In this document: positions 62,701-64,000 of the stretch, piece after piece
Position numbering within the stretch: the first letter of the stretch is position 1
Layout of the letters: every line of letters starts with the position of its first letter
IMG/VR virus record: IMGVR_UViG_3300025131_007349
Source of the DNA: an uncultured virus (IMG/VR IMGVR_UViG_3300025131_007349)
Taxonomy: Duplodnaviria > Heunggongvirae > Uroviricota > Caudoviricetes
Length of the DNA: 64,000 bases
Direction: 5' to 3' (one strand)
Notes under the pieces: generated by a model
Told to the model about the DNA's origin: nothing
Database searches by the model: none
Seen by the model: only the letters and a program-made list of their open reading frames with translations
Translations under genes and position numbers: made by a program

Positions 62701-62913
62701 ACAAAGTACGAAGGAATTAAATTTAAATCCATTTTAGTTGATAATATAAGCTCTTTTACAATTAAAAGATACCCAGAATCAGTAATTACAGATGTTGTAG
62801 TCGAAACTTTACCGTTCTGTGTCGGGCCAAACGATATAGTTCAAATAATTATTAATAGAGTAGACACCAATAAAAAAGCGAGTGCTACATTAATAGGTAA
62901 CCTATATAAGTAA
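59740..62913 (+). CDS. Poly-Thr/Cys-rich protein with a C-terminal LamG/concanavalin A-like domain
   Basis: Thr tracts at about 60430-61160, then WTVE..IRP, YISAVF, LTIYVNGRPV and FMGAISQFRYYLKPLGADEV (LamG-type strands). Confidence 0.75.
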   Translation: MAYTGNVHVSLYAIPDYCNPGAIWASDQENPLQPGGSLNYIYNNATNAFGLQSPFFDAGYYFIGDTVKMSADTGGDGGIYTSAANWNTLRFGQPAHSKFDHAMRTMHWLKACEYTDGSAFTHTLSGVTSGGTKPYIYKWENQAHPYTGNIFNLYTLASAYTASDSWGGYSGQTYTWAGTGDTVYGFFDNTYAQIYTGPSRVKLTVTDFTGGTASTFMSLSSGCTTMPWSAATTTTTTAPPVTGYCYELRSCNPYYDTGYTFSTMFTASTLSAGSHYEILAPPNLNGIEHCWQIVSACGYTVGTNIGAKVMAGPFSGCCDPTATGACRTMWCPPPPETTTTTVEPGTTTTSTTTIVPATTTTTTCNLRYEVEPCVSTGGTITIMLTGSSCLDITLSAGSYYRLETGWPECVTDCYHIITGLTYGVSGVQTDIIAGVFSSCTHCDQGWIGETTTTTTMWPPWTTTTTSPVTETTTCAYYEADATVHVVTQSARTANDVMNIWSILPSGLTHSPYDYDCRLKLKPITGYSSYNIDYSIISATGSCEGYYNELAGGFYQGFYKLQGYPYEVLPTRVECGWTVETIIRPRCNTICNGYTLNDLFPDNKGIFFYMGTRAENKFRIPYSGENCIETCEPSCSGNSITLQTAGCDTYMDNCGNVHEECTSATTYPYFVDCCSNNFALMLSGNCETGYRLGYKALYFSGGCVVTGTTDETVHYDRCGHPYMVSSNNPDCGTAFTYMTACTVINRFSDDIICDFTGQTDAPWLYISAVFERDYCWDCCDLENQGGVNDLIHERIPGVDSVFGYNDAELPTYLNFTKKWVQEKKYRMGTLTIYVNGRPVFIDKNFEEIIPRQLNTANQLQVGVPFNISWGGGSQGLLESFRFDGCECDSDIITDSQVDCITENFAGTFMGAISQFRYYLKPLGADEVQHNFLVDKDRYGLIDCKCEDTACNKARTIYYIEGDSVDVMLNYPVPITVLDFGGFDTYIDVTKYEGIKFKSILVDNISSFTIKRYPESVITDVVVETLPFCVGPNDIVQIIINRVDTNKKASATLIGNLYK

Positions 62914-63203
62914 TGAGTTGTAATTGTAAAAATATAATAGAAGTTTTCCAAGGTGGGGATGTACCTTTACCAGCTACTTTTTATTCCAGCGTGACACTAA
63001 CTCAGTTATGTCACACTGTAGAAGGAACCAAAGACTTACTAAAAATATTAAGTCTAGGAGCTCACCCATCTCCACTACAGATTGGAGACACTTACTGCAT
63101 CTTTGAGAACATGCAAACATTTCATGCGGATGAATACATAAACGAAGGTGGTACTTTAGGTATAGATGGGGAACTAGTACTTTACGGAACAGACTTTGTA
63201 TAA
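62913..63203 (+). CDS. Hypothetical protein
   Basis: 96-aa ORF with a TAATG overlap. Confidence 0.65.
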   Translation: MSCNCKNIIEVFQGGDVPLPATFYSSVTLTQLCHTVEGTKDLLKILSLGAHPSPLQIGDTYCIFENMQTFHADEYINEGGTLGIDGELVLYGTDFV

Positions 63204-63223
63204 AAAAATAAAAATAAGAAAAA

Positions 63224-63973
63224 ATGCCAGCAATTATTAGAATTAAAAAAGAAGACCCTAGTGGTATAACAATACCACCTAGTGGAAATGCTACCCTATT
63301 GGTTGGATATGATGTAGTATCAGGGATAGACTATAATAACCATATAACCCTTAAACTTGACGATGGAACATTAAAACGTGCAGGCCAATGGATAATAGAA
63401 GATAACTTAACAAATTCATCAGGATTACCATTTGTTGGAGATGTAGATTTTAATGGGGATATCACAATAGGTGATAGTGCTTCAGATAGTCTAGCGGTAA
63501 GTGCAACATCAAGATTTGCAGAATACGCTACATTTGGTAAAGGTATATATATTCAGAATGACATTGTACATTTAAGTGATACCGATACCAAGATAGCTTT
63601 CTCTACAGACTCTATTGGTTTTTCTGCAGGTAATAAGACCCATCTAACCCTTACAACATCAGCAATAGAAGTTAATAAAGACAATTTAGATATAGATTTT
63701 GTCATTAGAACTACAAATACTAGTAATATATTTTATGTTGACGCTGCTAGTGATAATATAGGTATTGGTACATCTTCACCAGGAGTGACTAGTATACTAG
63801 ACGTAGAATCAACCACACAAGGATTATCAGTACCTAGAATGACTACCGCTCAGATGAACGCTATCCTAGGACCAACCGCTGGAATGGTTGTATATGCAAC
63901 GGATGGTGGTTCAGGTAATGGTAAATTAATGATTAGAACTTCGGCAGCTTGGGAGACAATAACATCTAGTTAA
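63224..63973 (+). CDS. Tail-fibre-like protein with a Bacteroidota-type C-terminal motif
   Basis: DTDTKIAFSTDSI and NIGIGTSSP..SILDVESTTQGLSVPRMTTAQMNAI.PTAGMVVYATD, a motif common in Bacteroidota and their phage fibre proteins. Confidence 0.65.
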   Translation: MPAIIRIKKEDPSGITIPPSGNATLLVGYDVVSGIDYNNHITLKLDDGTLKRAGQWIIEDNLTNSSGLPFVGDVDFNGDITIGDSASDSLAVSATSRFAEYATFGKGIYIQNDIVHLSDTDTKIAFSTDSIGFSAGNKTHLTLTTSAIEVNKDNLDIDFVIRTTNTSNIFYVDAASDNIGIGTSSPGVTSILDVESTTQGLSVPRMTTAQMNAILGPTAGMVVYATDGGSGNGKLMIRTSAAWETITSS

Positions 63974-64000
63974 TAAAAAATAATAATGATTCGTACTTCT

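Noticed and set aside
31988..62913. Eukaryotic or NCLDV origin of the mucin-like genes
   Set aside because: There are no introns or signal peptides. Operonic overlaps, a sigma-like gene and spike/tail-fibre-like genes indicate a bacteriophage.
1..64000. tRNA, rRNA, introns/inteins, transposases and intrinsic terminators
   Set aside because: Intergenic gaps are short and I saw no convincing signatures by eye. A covariance-model scan would be needed to exclude small RNAs.

Overview
This is an AT-rich, gene-dense 64-kb segment that looks like part of a large (jumbo-type) tailed phage genome. Evidence includes dUTPase, PhoH, a sigma-factor-like gene, a gp5/VgrG-like baseplate spike and a tail-fibre-like gene. 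The host is probably Bacteroidota: start codons lack Shine-Dalgarno motifs, and two proteins resemble Bacteroidota families. There are three blocks. (1) 0.3-23 kb is a tightly coupled glycan-biosynthesis cluster. It has about 11 glycosyltransferase-like genes (GT11-, GT10- and GT23/NodZ-like fucosyltransferases among them), 3 sulfotransferases, 2 Gmd, an Fcl/ColC-like reductase, a His-type ColD-like dehydratase, an epimerase, an amidotransferase and a methyltransferase. (2) 23-32 kb holds a sigma-like gene followed by presumed structural genes and a 5-gene minus-strand operon containing a stand-alone WYL protein; genes here are preceded by a recurring TATTTAT motif. (3) 32-63 kb is an array of giant cysteine-rich proteins (up to 4498 aa) built from small Cys modules joined by poly-threonine tracts. 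They carry inserted vWA-like, DUF1566-like, beta-propeller-like, LamG-like and trypsin-like protease domains. Embedded in this array is one enzyme resembling plant/algal peptide O-glycosyltransferases (GT96 SGT1 / GT95 HPAT). The leading hypothesis is a phage-encoded mucin-like O-glycoprotein system: poly-Thr acceptors, an initiating peptidyl-GT, and fucosylating/sulfating enzymes. All family calls come from motif recognition by eye; no database search was run.
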